Below are positions 1-7,951 of a stretch of 64,000 bases of DNA, piece after piece. A program made the translations under genes and the position numbers. Positions within the stretch are counted from its first letter, which is position 1, and the number at the start of each line of letters is the position of its first letter. The DNA is from Tepidiformaceae bacterium (lineage in GTDB: Bacteria > Chloroflexota > Dehalococcoidia > Tepidiformales > Tepidiformaceae), in assembly GCA_965202995.1 (NCBI GenBank), contig OZ241861.1:483299-547298 (forward strand). Reading direction: 5' to 3'. Under the pieces are notes generated by a model, which was not told the DNA's origin, did not search any database, and saw only the letters and a list, made by a program, of their open reading frames with translations.

Positions 1-867
1 GACCTCGAGTTCTGCCAGTTCCACCCGACCGCCTTCCGCGCGGAGGGCGCGCCGCCCTTCCTCATCTCCGAGGCGCTGCGCGGCGAGGGCGCCGTCCTGC
101 GCGACGCGCGCGGGCGCGCCTTCATGGCCGACTACCACGAGCTGGCCGACCTCGCGCCCCGCGACGTGGTGGCCCGCGCCATGCTGGCGGAGATGCGCGC
201 GGCGGGCGCGGATTGCGTGTGGCTCGACTGCACCGCGCTCGACGGCGTCGACGCGGCGGAGCGCTTCCCCGCCATCGCCGCCTTCTGCCGCGACCACGGC
301 ATCGACATCCGCCGCGATCCCGTGCCCGTGGCCCCCGCCGCGCACTACCTGATGGGGGGCGTGCGCGCGGACGACCGCGGGCGCACCACCGTGCCCGGCC
401 TTTACGCCTGCGGGGAGACGGCGGCCACGGGCGTGCACGGCGCGAACCGGCTGGCCAGCAACTCCCTGCTCGAAACCGCGGCCTTCGCCGTCCGCGCCGC
501 GCGGCGCATCGCGGAGGGCGGCGGGGACGCGCTGCCGCCCGCCGCCGATGCCGTCGCCATCGCGCCGCGCGGCGGCGTCCCCCCCGACCGCGCCGCCGTC
601 CAGCGGCTGCTGTGGGAACGCGCGGGCATCGAGCGCGACGGCGCGGGGCTGCGCGCGGGGCTGGCGGAGGCGCGCGCCTGGCCCGACGCCGCGCCGCACG
701 CCTCGCGCGACTGGCGCGAGCGGCGCGCGCTGGCGCTCTTCGCCGAACTGGCGCTCACCGCCGCGCTGGCCCGCGAGGAGAGCCGCGGCGCGCACTTCCG
801 CACCGACTTCCCCGAACGCGACGACGCCCGCTGGCGGCGGCGGCAGGTGTTCCGCCGTGCCCCCTGA
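1..867 (+). CDS. nadB: L-aspartate oxidase, C-terminal part (5' end lies outside the window)
   Basis: Frame 1 is open from nt 1 (DLEFCQFHPTA...) and continues into ORF-track 124..867. GLYACGETAATGVHGANRLASNSLLE and SRGAHFRTDFPE are typical of NadB/fumarate-reductase-type flavoproteins. Stop TGA 865-867, and nadC follows with an overlap. Confidence 0.9.
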   Translation, partial: DLEFCQFHPTAFRAEGAPPFLISEALRGEGAVLRDARGRAFMADYHELADLAPRDVVARAMLAEMRAAGADCVWLDCTALDGVDAAERFPAIAAFCRDHGIDIRRDPVPVAPAAHYLMGGVRADDRGRTTVPGLYACGETAATGVHGANRLASNSLLETAAFAVRAARRIAEGGGDALPPAADAVAIAPRGGVPPDRAAVQRLLWERAGIERDGAGLRAGLAEARAWPDAAPHASRDWRERRALALFAELALTAALAREESRGAHFRTDFPERDDARWRRRQVFRRAP

Positions 868-1720
868 GCCGCCCCCGGCGGAGGCCGTGGAGGCAGTCGT
901 GCGGCTGGCGCTGGACGAGGATCGCGCGCGCGACGACGCCACCACGGCGGCCACCGTCGCGCCCGGCCTCGTCGCGCACGCGCGGCTGGTCGCGCGCGAG
1001 GCGGGCGTGGCCTGCGGGCTCGGCGTGGCCGCGCGCGTCTTCGCGGCGCTCGACGGGCGCGCGGCCCTCACCGCGCGCGTGGCCGAGGGCGCGCGCTTCG
1101 CCGTCGGGGACGCGCTCGCGGACGTGCACGGCCCCGCGCGCGCCATCCTCTCCGGCGAGCGCACGGCCCTGAACCTCGCCCAGCGCCTCTGCGGCATCGC
1201 CACGCTCACGCGCCGCTTCGCCGACGCCGCGGCGGGGACGGGCTGCGCCGTCCTCGACACGCGCAAGACCGCGCCCGGCCTGCGCGACCTCGAGAAGTAC
1301 GCCGTGCGCTGCGGCGGCGGGCGCAACCACCGCCGCGACCTCGCCGCCATGGCCATGATCAAGGACAACCACCGCGAGGCCATCGCGCGGCAGGGCGGCG
1401 ACCTCGCCGGGGCCGTGGCCGCCATCCGCGCGCGCTCCCCCGGCGTTCCCGTCGAAATCGAGATCGACGCGCTCGATCAACTGGAGGCGGCGCTGGCCGC
1501 GCGCCCCGACTGGATCCTGCTCGACAACATGAGCGCCGCCCAGCTGCGCGAGGCCGTGGCCGCGACGGACGGGCGCGCGAAGCTGGAGGCCAGCGGCAAC
1601 GTCACCCTCGCACGCGCCGCCGAGGTGGCCGCCACGGGCGTGGACGCGCTCTCGGCGGGCGCGCTCACGCACAGCGCCCCCGCGCTCGACCTCTCCCTCG
1701 AAATCGCCTTCCCCGACTGA
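857..1720 (+). CDS. nadC: nicotinate-nucleotide (quinolinate) pyrophosphorylase
   Basis: GTG 857 is in frame with ORF-track 548..1720 and overlaps the nadB stop. Motifs GERTALNLAQRLCGIATLT, DTRKTAPGLR, KYAVRCGGGRNHR and IKDNH are present. The part of the ORF upstream of 857 is Arg/Pro-rich out-of-frame nadB sequence. Confidence 0.88.
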   Translation: MPPEPPPAEAVEAVVRLALDEDRARDDATTAATVAPGLVAHARLVAREAGVACGLGVAARVFAALDGRAALTARVAEGARFAVGDALADVHGPARAILSGERTALNLAQRLCGIATLTRRFADAAAGTGCAVLDTRKTAPGLRDLEKYAVRCGGGRNHRRDLAAMAMIKDNHREAIARQGGDLAGAVAAIRARSPGVPVEIEIDALDQLEAALAARPDWILLDNMSAAQLREAVAATDGRAKLEASGNVTLARAAEVAATGVDALSAGALTHSAPALDLSLEIAFPD

Positions 1721-1725
1721 GCGTG

Positions 1726-3903
1726 CTACGGGACGGGTTCGGCGACCTTGCGCACGTTCACGGGGATGGCGCTCATGACGGGGATGCCCGTGATGGGATC
1801 GTAGTCGCGCCGCGTGTCGGTGAGGCGGCCCGTGTTCGCCCCCAGCTCGCGCACGCGCGCGTCCTCCGCGGGCGCGTCGCCCCAGGCGTGCGCCATGGAG
1901 ACGACGCCCGCGCGCACGTCGGGGGCGGGTTCGACCACGCCGTAGATGGCCGCGCGCGCCGACGCGATCTCGACCACGTCCCCCGCCTCCAGCCCCAGCT
2001 CGGCGAGGTCCAGCGGGTTCATGTAGGCGGGATTGCCCGTGTTCGCGTACCGGCGCATGAGCCGCGGCAGGTCGCGCCCGGAGGAGTTGTAGGACTCCAG
2101 CAGGCGGCGGCTCACGAGGCGGTGCGTGAAGTCCTCGCCCGCGCGGTAGCCGCCGCCCTCGAAGTGCGGCTCGGCGCGCACGGCGGCCAGCTCGGCCAGC
2201 ATCTCCGCGCGGCCCACGTCGAGCCGCGGCGCGCCCGCGCGCTTCGGCGCCACGCGGATGTCGTCGTCCGCGAAGATATGCCCGTGCGGATGCTTCTTCA
2301 CCTCCGCCAGCGGGATGCGCGAGCCCTCGCACATCCGCTCCAGCAGCTCCGACGTGGTCGGCTTCGCGTCGAGGTCCACCTCGCCCCAGGGCATGCGCAG
2401 GGGCGTGCGCATGCGGTTGGCCAGCCCCCAGAAGAACTCCCACTCCTCGATCACGTCCGAGCCCGCGGGCGGATCGACCAGCTTCGGGCCGTACTGCGCG
2501 TAGGGCGCGGGATAGCCCTGGGCGAAGCCGAAGACGCCGGAGAGCGCCTCGTTCGGGAGCGTCGTGTCCTCCCGCTCGAGCGAGAGCCTGGGCGCGATCA
2601 CGTAGTGCGCCAGCTTGGCCGTGGCCGACAGCTTGATGTCGAGCGTGACCAGCAGGTCGAGCGCTTGCAGCGCCTCGTGGGTGCGCAGCTGATCGGGCCA
2701 GGCCGCCATCGGGTTCGAGCCGACGCAGATGAGCGCGCGGATGCGCCCCTCGCCCGGCGTCAGGATCTCCTCCGCCAGCGCGCTCGTGGGCGGCCCGATG
2801 GGCGTGATGGGCAGGTCGCGGATACGCAGCTTCTCGCGCGACTCCCAGTCCGTGCCCTCCTCATACGCCTGCGCGCGGTACTCCTTCGGCTTGCGCAGCA
2901 CGGGCGGGTTGGGCACGCGCTCGCCCTCGCGCAGCCAGCGCCCGCAGACCGTGTTGATGGCGTTGATGAGGTACTCGGTGACGTTGGCGTGGGGCGCGAA
3001 ATCGGGGCCCGTGCCGCTCGTCGCGGAGCCGCGCGCCCCGCCCGCGAAGATGCGCGCCGCGCGCTCCACCAGCGCCGCCGGAACGCCCGCGCGCTCCTCC
3101 ACGTAGTCCGGCGTGAACGGCTCCACCGCCTCACGCAGCGCCTCCACGCCCTTCACGTTGGCGGCGATGAAGTCGCCGTCCACCAGCCCCTCGCCGAGGA
3201 TGACGCGCAGGATGCCCGCCAGCAGCGTGGGATCCTCGCCCGGCTTCACCTGCAGGAACACGTCCGCCTTCTCCGCCGCCTCCGTGCGCCGCGGGTCGAT
3301 CACGATCAGCTTCAGGCCGCGCTGTTTCGCGCGGTGCAGCCGCTTCGCCGGGTTGTACTGGGGGATGCCGCCCCACATGGAGATGGTCGGGTTCGCGCCG
3401 ATCAGCATCCACACGTCGGCGTCGTCGAACATCTGCGGGCCCGCGCCCCAGTTGCCGTGGTAGGCGCGCGCGATGGGCTTGGCGGGCTGGTCGATGGTGC
3501 CCCCGGAGTAGGTCATGTTCGAGCCGATGCCCGCCATGAACGCCCCCGTGAACTGCCCCGACGACGGGTAGGAGAAGCCGTAGGTGCCGCTGAAGGTGGC
3601 CACCGCGCGGGGGCCGTGTTCGGCGATGATGGCGGACAGCCGCTCCGCCACCTCGTCGATGGCGCGCTGGTGGGGGATGGGGCCGAACGTGCCGTCGGGG
3701 GCGCGCTTCTGCGAATGGAGCAGGCGGTCGGGATGGTAGTGCTGTTCCGGCAGCTGCCGCCCCTTGATGCAGGTGAAGCCCTCGTACATGGGGTTCTTGG
3801 CGTCGCCGCGCACCTTGATCGCGCGCCCGTCCTTGATGTCCACCTCGATGCCGCAGAAGGCATGGCAGAAGCGGCAGAAGGTCTGCTTCGTCTCGACGAC
3901 CAT
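1726..3903 (-). CDS. molybdopterin-dependent oxidoreductase (DMSO-reductase/formate-dehydrogenase superfamily catalytic subunit)
   Basis: This is the C-terminal 725 codons of ORF-track 1726..4770. Start ATG 3903 (MVVETKQTFCRFCHAFCGIEV...) has GGAGGG at 3916..3911 upstream. The N-terminal C-x2-C-x3-C...C cluster is typical of the MopB 4Fe-4S domain. The rest of the ORF upstream runs antisense through the low-GC islet. Confidence 0.85.
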   Translation of the reverse strand: MVVETKQTFCRFCHAFCGIEVDIKDGRAIKVRGDAKNPMYEGFTCIKGRQLPEQHYHPDRLLHSQKRAPDGTFGPIPHQRAIDEVAERLSAIIAEHGPRAVATFSGTYGFSYPSSGQFTGAFMAGIGSNMTYSGGTIDQPAKPIARAYHGNWGAGPQMFDDADVWMLIGANPTISMWGGIPQYNPAKRLHRAKQRGLKLIVIDPRRTEAAEKADVFLQVKPGEDPTLLAGILRVILGEGLVDGDFIAANVKGVEALREAVEPFTPDYVEERAGVPAALVERAARIFAGGARGSATSGTGPDFAPHANVTEYLINAINTVCGRWLREGERVPNPPVLRKPKEYRAQAYEEGTDWESREKLRIRDLPITPIGPPTSALAEEILTPGEGRIRALICVGSNPMAAWPDQLRTHEALQALDLLVTLDIKLSATAKLAHYVIAPRLSLEREDTTLPNEALSGVFGFAQGYPAPYAQYGPKLVDPPAGSDVIEEWEFFWGLANRMRTPLRMPWGEVDLDAKPTTSELLERMCEGSRIPLAEVKKHPHGHIFADDDIRVAPKRAGAPRLDVGRAEMLAELAAVRAEPHFEGGGYRAGEDFTHRLVSRRLLESYNSSGRDLPRLMRRYANTGNPAYMNPLDLAELGLEAGDVVEIASARAAIYGVVEPAPDVRAGVVSMAHAWGDAPAEDARVRELGANTGRLTDTRRDYDPITGIPVMSAIPVNVRKVAEPVP

Positions 3904-3927
3904 CGGGGTGCCCTCCGGGCGCGCGTG

Positions 3928-3969
3928 CCGCGCCCCCGCACGATAGCGGAGCGCGATCGCCCCCGCCAG
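3928..3969. repeat. 42-bp direct repeat, left copy (flanks the low-GC islet)
   Basis: ccgcgcccccgcacgatagcggagcgcgatcgcccccgccag is repeated at 5787..5828 with one substitution (c/t). Confidence 0.9.
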
Positions 3970-3999
3970 CGCCGCTAGCCAGATTGGGGCAGACCCGGT

Positions 4000-4028
4000 T
4001 TGCACGCTGGGATCCAAGGTGCTAGCAT
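4000..4028 (+). promoter_or_regulatory. sigma70-like promoter for the DUF262-HEPN operon
   Basis: TTGCAC (4000-4005), 17-nt spacer, TAGCAT (4023-4028). GAGGAG at 4049-4054 precedes ATG 4057. Confidence 0.45.
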
Positions 4029-4056
4029 GACCAGCGACCGCACCTTGTGAGGAGCC

Positions 4057-5205
4057 ATGACGAGCACCGCCCCCTCCCAGCCCCCGCCCGACGAATCGAT
4101 GGACGAGCTCGTTATCGACGAGTCTATCAAGAGTGATCGCGAGCTGGACGAAATTCCGGGGATCGAGCGATACGAGATCGGCTTCTATGGAGCCGACTAT
4201 CCTGTTGATGCTCTGTACAAGCGCCTGACTTCCGCAGAGTCCGCTGCTGAGGGGGATATTTTCATCCCTGATTTTCAGCGCGGCTATATCTGGAGGAAAA
4301 AGCAGGCTGACCGATTCATTGAATCGCTCCTCTTGGGGCTCCCTGTCCCGGGAATTTTCCTCTCCACTGATGCAACCAATCGACGTTTGGTTATCGATGG
4401 AGGCCAACGGCTGAGGACGATCCAGTCCTTCATGGATGGTACGTTCAACGGGCGCGATTATTTGCTTGGAAAAGGAATCCATCGTGATTTCGAAGGCAAG
4501 GGTTATCGTGATTTGCATCCGACTGATCGTCGCCGATTCGACGATGCGATCATTCATGCAACTATCGTCCGCCAAGAAAAGCCTGAAGGAGACAATCGCT
4601 CTCTTCTCTATATTTTTGAGAGGCTGAATACTGGAGGCACTGCTGCTCAACCGCATGAAATCCGTCGAAGCCTTTGGGGAGGGGGTCTGAACGACCTGAT
4701 CAAGTCTTTGGATGAGAACCAGCAATGGCGAGAAGTGTACGGACAGCGTTCCCAACACATGAAAGACCAAGAGTTGATTCTCCGATTTTTCGCCCTGTAT
4801 CTAGACGAGGACCGTTATGGAAAGCGGAAAGAGGAGCGCATGATGAAAGATTTTCTAACGTCGTTCATGGCGCGTAATCGCGACATTGACGTTACTATTG
4901 CGAGCCACCTTGAAGAAGTTTTTTCTGCGGCCATTTCCCTTGTCAATGAATCTCTTGGCAGGACTGCATTCCGTCGCGGAAGAGGTCTGAACGCAGCAGT
5001 TTTCGATTCCGTGATGGTCGCCCTTGCACACACACAAGCCGAGAGTAATCTCCCTAATGCCCAAGAATTCAAAAGGTGCTATGAAGGCCTGCTCGCAAAT
5101 ATTCGATTCGAAGAGGTTACCAGCAGTAGGACTTCACACGAGGCCAATGTTAAAGAACGTCTGCGTTTAGCACGCGAGGCGTTCACTGAATCGGACAGTC
5201 AGTAG
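4057..5205 (+). CDS. DUF262 (ParB-like NTPase/nuclease fold) domain protein, 382 aa, with no recognisable DUF1524/HNH half
   Basis: ORF-track 4057..5205. DUF262 signature IPDFQRGYIWRKKQADRFIESLLLGLPVPGIFL ... VIDGGQRLRTIQSF. The gene is low in G+C (33/60 and 26/60 in lines 4141 and 4561). Confidence 0.8.
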   Translation: MTSTAPSQPPPDESMDELVIDESIKSDRELDEIPGIERYEIGFYGADYPVDALYKRLTSAESAAEGDIFIPDFQRGYIWRKKQADRFIESLLLGLPVPGIFLSTDATNRRLVIDGGQRLRTIQSFMDGTFNGRDYLLGKGIHRDFEGKGYRDLHPTDRRRFDDAIIHATIVRQEKPEGDNRSLLYIFERLNTGGTAAQPHEIRRSLWGGGLNDLIKSLDENQQWREVYGQRSQHMKDQELILRFFALYLDEDRYGKRKEERMMKDFLTSFMARNRDIDVTIASHLEEVFSAAISLVNESLGRTAFRRGRGLNAAVFDSVMVALAHTQAESNLPNAQEFKRCYEGLLANIRFEEVTSSRTSHEANVKERLRLAREAFTESDSQ

Positions 5206-5709
5206 ATGGATTCTCCAGAGATGCCATCGGAGCCTGAGCAGATTGACGCGGCCTTTGATCGTGCCGAGCGTATTGCCCTGAGCAACGAACCTTGGATGGA
5301 TGAGGTTTTGTCCGACTATGCTCACCACCTCTGCATCTTGGCGACGGGATTTCTGGAGCGAGCCGTTGTGCGGGTGTTTCAAGAGTACGTGGATGCTCAC
5401 GGAGATTCTCGGATCGGCAACTACGTGGATCAGACGTTCCAGCGTGAGGGAAGCATGCGAGCGCGAAACATCCTCAGGATCGCTGGTGAATTTGACGAAG
5501 ACTGGAAGAACCGCTTGGATAGTGAGATGACGGAAGAACACAGAATGGCGATTGGAAACCTGTACAGCCACCGAAACAACATTGCACATGGTAGGGACAG
5601 CGACCTGACCTACCGCCAAGTGCGCGACGCTTACAATTCAATCACAGAGACCATCGGTTTTCTCGAGGAGATTGTCGAGTCAACTCCTTCGCGTTATCCC
5701 CGTGCCTAG
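5206..5709 (+). CDS. small HEPN-like protein (Rx4H motif), 167 aa
   Basis: ATG 5206 directly abuts the upstream TAG (5203-5205). R-N-N-I-A-H at codons 123-128 (nt 5572-5589) within LYSHRNNIAHG matches the HEPN Rx4-6H catalytic motif. Low G+C, like the upstream gene. Confidence 0.65.
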   Translation: MDSPEMPSEPEQIDAAFDRAERIALSNEPWMDEVLSDYAHHLCILATGFLERAVVRVFQEYVDAHGDSRIGNYVDQTFQREGSMRARNILRIAGEFDEDWKNRLDSEMTEEHRMAIGNLYSHRNNIAHGRDSDLTYRQVRDAYNSITETIGFLEEIVESTPSRYPRA

Positions 5710-5713
5710 GTGC

Positions 5714-5780
5714 GCGCGTCCTCCGAAGGCCACCCAGTGCAGCGCGCTGTGCAGCAGGTGCCGGAAACCCGCGTTCGCGT
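5714..5780 (-). pseudogene. remnant of the 3' end of a ThuA-like gene (paralogue of 8201..9022)
   Basis: 5714-5780 aligns to 8221-8286 with 61 of 66 positions identical plus a 1-nt indel, by hand alignment. It encodes ...ANAGFRHLLHSALHWVA, compared with ANAGFRRLLHNALHWVA in the intact gene. The indel shifts the frame, and the upstream 90% of the gene is absent. Confidence 0.7.
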
Positions 5781-5786
5781 CGTAGT

Positions 5787-5828
5787 CCGCGCCCCCGCAC
5801 GATAGCGGAGCGTGATCGCCCCCGCCAG
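5787..5828. repeat. 42-bp direct repeat, right copy
   Basis: ccgcgcccccgcacgatagcggagcgtgatcgcccccgccag matches 3928..3969 at 41 of 42 positions. Confidence 0.9.
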
Positions 5829-5868
5829 ACGGTAGACTGCGGCCACCCGACGACGGAGGCGGCCCGAC

Positions 5869-6429
5869 ATGGGCGAACGGGACGGCGCGGATCGCCCGCT
5901 GCCCAACAGCTACTGGGTCATCCCGGGACGTTTCGCGGCTGGCGAATACCCCGGCGCGAAGGATCCCCGCGAGGCCGCCGAGCGACTGCGGACCCTGCTG
6001 CGCGCGGGCATCGACCACTTCATCGACCTGACCGAAGCGCGGGATGGACTGGAGCCGTACGCCGAAGCGCTGGCGGATGAGGCCCGCGCACTCGGCACGA
6101 GCGCCACGCATGAGCGGCATCCAATCGTCGATGTGAGCGTGCCGCGCAACCCGGCGGAGATGGTCGCCATCCTCGACGCCATCGACCGCGCGCTGAGCGA
6201 GGGACGCAGCGTGTACGCTCACTGCTGGGGCGGCGTCGGGCGGACCGGCGCCGTCGTCGGCTGCTGGCTCGTGCGGCACGGCAGGACGGGCGACGAGGCC
6301 CTCGCCCAGGTTGCCGAATGGTGGCGGGGCGCGGAGAAGGCGGACCGCCTGCCCCACTCCCCCCAGACGCGCGAGCAACGCACTTATGTCCGCGAGTGGG
6401 CGGAACCGCCGCCGGAGGAGTCCCGATGA
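5869..6429 (+). CDS. Cys-based protein-tyrosine/dual-specificity phosphatase-like protein
   Basis: ORF-track 5869..6429. The CX5R active-site loop is HCWGGVGRTG. GGAGG at 5855-5859 and TAGACT at 5833-5838 lie upstream. Confidence 0.75.
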   Translation: MGERDGADRPLPNSYWVIPGRFAAGEYPGAKDPREAAERLRTLLRAGIDHFIDLTEARDGLEPYAEALADEARALGTSATHERHPIVDVSVPRNPAEMVAILDAIDRALSEGRSVYAHCWGGVGRTGAVVGCWLVRHGRTGDEALAQVAEWWRGAEKADRLPHSPQTREQRTYVREWAEPPPEESR

Positions 6430-7601
6430 ACGCCGAACCCTTCACCATCGCCATCCCCGACGCGAAGCTGGCCGACCTGCGCGGGCGGCTGGAGCGCGTC
6501 AACTGGGCGCCCGACTTCGCCAACGACGACTGGGCCTACGGCGTGAACGGCGCCTACCTGCGCGAACTCGCCGAACACTGGCTCCGCGGCTACGACTGGC
6601 GCGCGCACGAGGCGGAGATGAACCGCCTGCCCAACTTCCGCGTCGAAATCGAGGGCGCGCCCATCCACTTCGTCCACGTGCGCGGGCGGGGGCCGGACCC
6701 GATCCCGCTCATCCTGTCGCACGGCTGGCCGTGGACCTTCTGGGACCTGCGCCACGTGATCGGCCCCCTCAGCGACCCCGCGGCCCACGGCGGCGATCCC
6801 GCCGACGCCTTCGACGTGGTCGTGCCCTCGCTGCCGGGCTTCGGCTTCTCCACGCCGCTGACCGTGCCCGGCGTCAACTTCTGGCGCACGGCGGACCTCT
6901 GGGACGCGCTCATGCGCGGCGTGCTGGGCTACGAGCGCTACGGCGCGCAGGGCGGCGACTGGGGCGCGCTCGTCACCAGCCAGCTGGGTCACCGCCACGC
7001 GGAGCACGTGATCGGCATCCACCTCACGGACGCGATCCGGCTGGACCTGTTCAGCCACGACCGGCCCTGGGTGCTCGGCGACCCGGGGCTGGCGACGCTG
7101 CCCGCGGGCGAGGCGCGACGGGCGCAGCTGGCGCGCATGCGCCTCTACTCCTCGCACGTGGCCGTGCAGACGCTGGACCCGCAGACGCTGGCCTTCATGG
7201 CGCACGATTCGCCCATCGGCCTCTGCGCCTGGATTCTCGAACGGCGGCGCAACTGGGGCGATACCGGCGGCGACGTGGAATCGCGCTTCCCGAAGGACGA
7301 CCTGCTCACGACGATGATGCTCTACTGGGCCACGGACGCCTTCGTCACCTCGGTGCGCTACTACTTCGAGGCGGCCTGGAACCAGTGGCGGCCGCACCAC
7401 GACCGCGCGCCCGTGGTCGAGGCCCCCACGGGCGTCACCTTCCACGGGCCGGACGCCCCGGCGGAGCCGGGCGAGGCGCTGCGGCGCTACTGGAACCTCG
7501 TGCACTGGGACCGCCATCCGGCGGGCGGCCATTTCGCCCCGGCGGAGGAGCCGGAGGCCATCGTGCGCGGCATCCGCGCCACCTTCCGCGGGCTGCGCTA
7601 G
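6426..7601 (+). CDS. epoxide hydrolase (alpha/beta hydrolase with N-terminal EH domain)
   Basis: ATG 6426 overlaps the upstream stop (ATGA) and is in frame with ORF-track 6318..7601. MNAEPFTIAIPDAKLADLRGRLERVNWAP ... ILSHGWPWTFWD ... PSLPGFGFS is typical of microsomal-type epoxide hydrolases. Confidence 0.8.
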   Translation: MNAEPFTIAIPDAKLADLRGRLERVNWAPDFANDDWAYGVNGAYLRELAEHWLRGYDWRAHEAEMNRLPNFRVEIEGAPIHFVHVRGRGPDPIPLILSHGWPWTFWDLRHVIGPLSDPAAHGGDPADAFDVVVPSLPGFGFSTPLTVPGVNFWRTADLWDALMRGVLGYERYGAQGGDWGALVTSQLGHRHAEHVIGIHLTDAIRLDLFSHDRPWVLGDPGLATLPAGEARRAQLARMRLYSSHVAVQTLDPQTLAFMAHDSPIGLCAWILERRRNWGDTGGDVESRFPKDDLLTTMMLYWATDAFVTSVRYYFEAAWNQWRPHHDRAPVVEAPTGVTFHGPDAPAEPGEALRRYWNLVHWDRHPAGGHFAPAEEPEAIVRGIRATFRGLR

Positions 7602-7621
7602 CCCCTCGCCAGATACAGCTA

Positions 7622-7951
7622 TCAGGTGGTGAAACGGCTCGGGTTCTCCGGCATCAGAACCTCGCCATCGTGAAGGAGCCACTTGGGGTCCGGCCTGCCC
7701 GATGCCCCCAGGCTGCCGTCCTGCCGGAGATACTGGTGGACGACGGCGACCTGCCGTCCGTTGGCGTCGAAGTACCCGACGGCCTGACTACGAGTGCAAA
7801 ACGGCTCACCGGCGCCGGGCGCGGACGGGTGTTTGTCCGTCTTGAGCTGTATAGTGAGCCTGCCAGCTTCGACCGCCTCCACGAAACGAAGCTCGTTGAA
7901 GAGCCGACGCAGACGGGCGGCGGGAACGTAGCGACGCGGAGGGCTGGCCAT
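7622..7951 (-). CDS. hypothetical protein, 109 aa, with atypical codon usage
   Basis: ORF-track 7622..7951. Many A/T-ending codons sit in an otherwise GC3-rich genome. I recognise no motif. The segment HQYLRQDGSLGASGRPDPKWL looks conserved. Confidence 0.45.
   Translation of the reverse strand: MASPPRRYVPAARLRRLFNELRFVEAVEAGRLTIQLKTDKHPSAPGAGEPFCTRSQAVGYFDANGRQVAVVHQYLRQDGSLGASGRPDPKWLLHDGEVLMPENPSRFTT

Noticed and set aside
3953-3960. GCGATCGC (HIP1-like palindrome) inside the 42-bp repeat.
   Set aside because: It occurs once, it is mutated in the second repeat copy, and an 8-mer of this composition is expected by chance in GC-rich DNA.
1723-3978. Long ORFs antisense to or overlapping real genes. 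Examples: 1723..3978(+), 755..2443(-), 28375..32184(-, 1269 aa), 52754..56413(+, 1219 aa), 9037..11607(-) upstream part, 58884..61211(+) part, 20208..22487(+).
   Set aside because: Their translations are Arg/Ala/Gly/Pro-rich low-complexity sequence with no motifs. They lie opposite ORFs with clear family signatures. Long stop-free shadow frames are expected at about 73% G+C.
3904-4770. N-terminal extension of the molybdoenzyme ORF (track 1726..4770) into the islet.
   Set aside because: The extension runs antisense to the DUF262 gene through low-GC DNA. The conserved protein starts at MVVETKQTFCRFCH, with a GGAGGG SD in front of ATG 3903.
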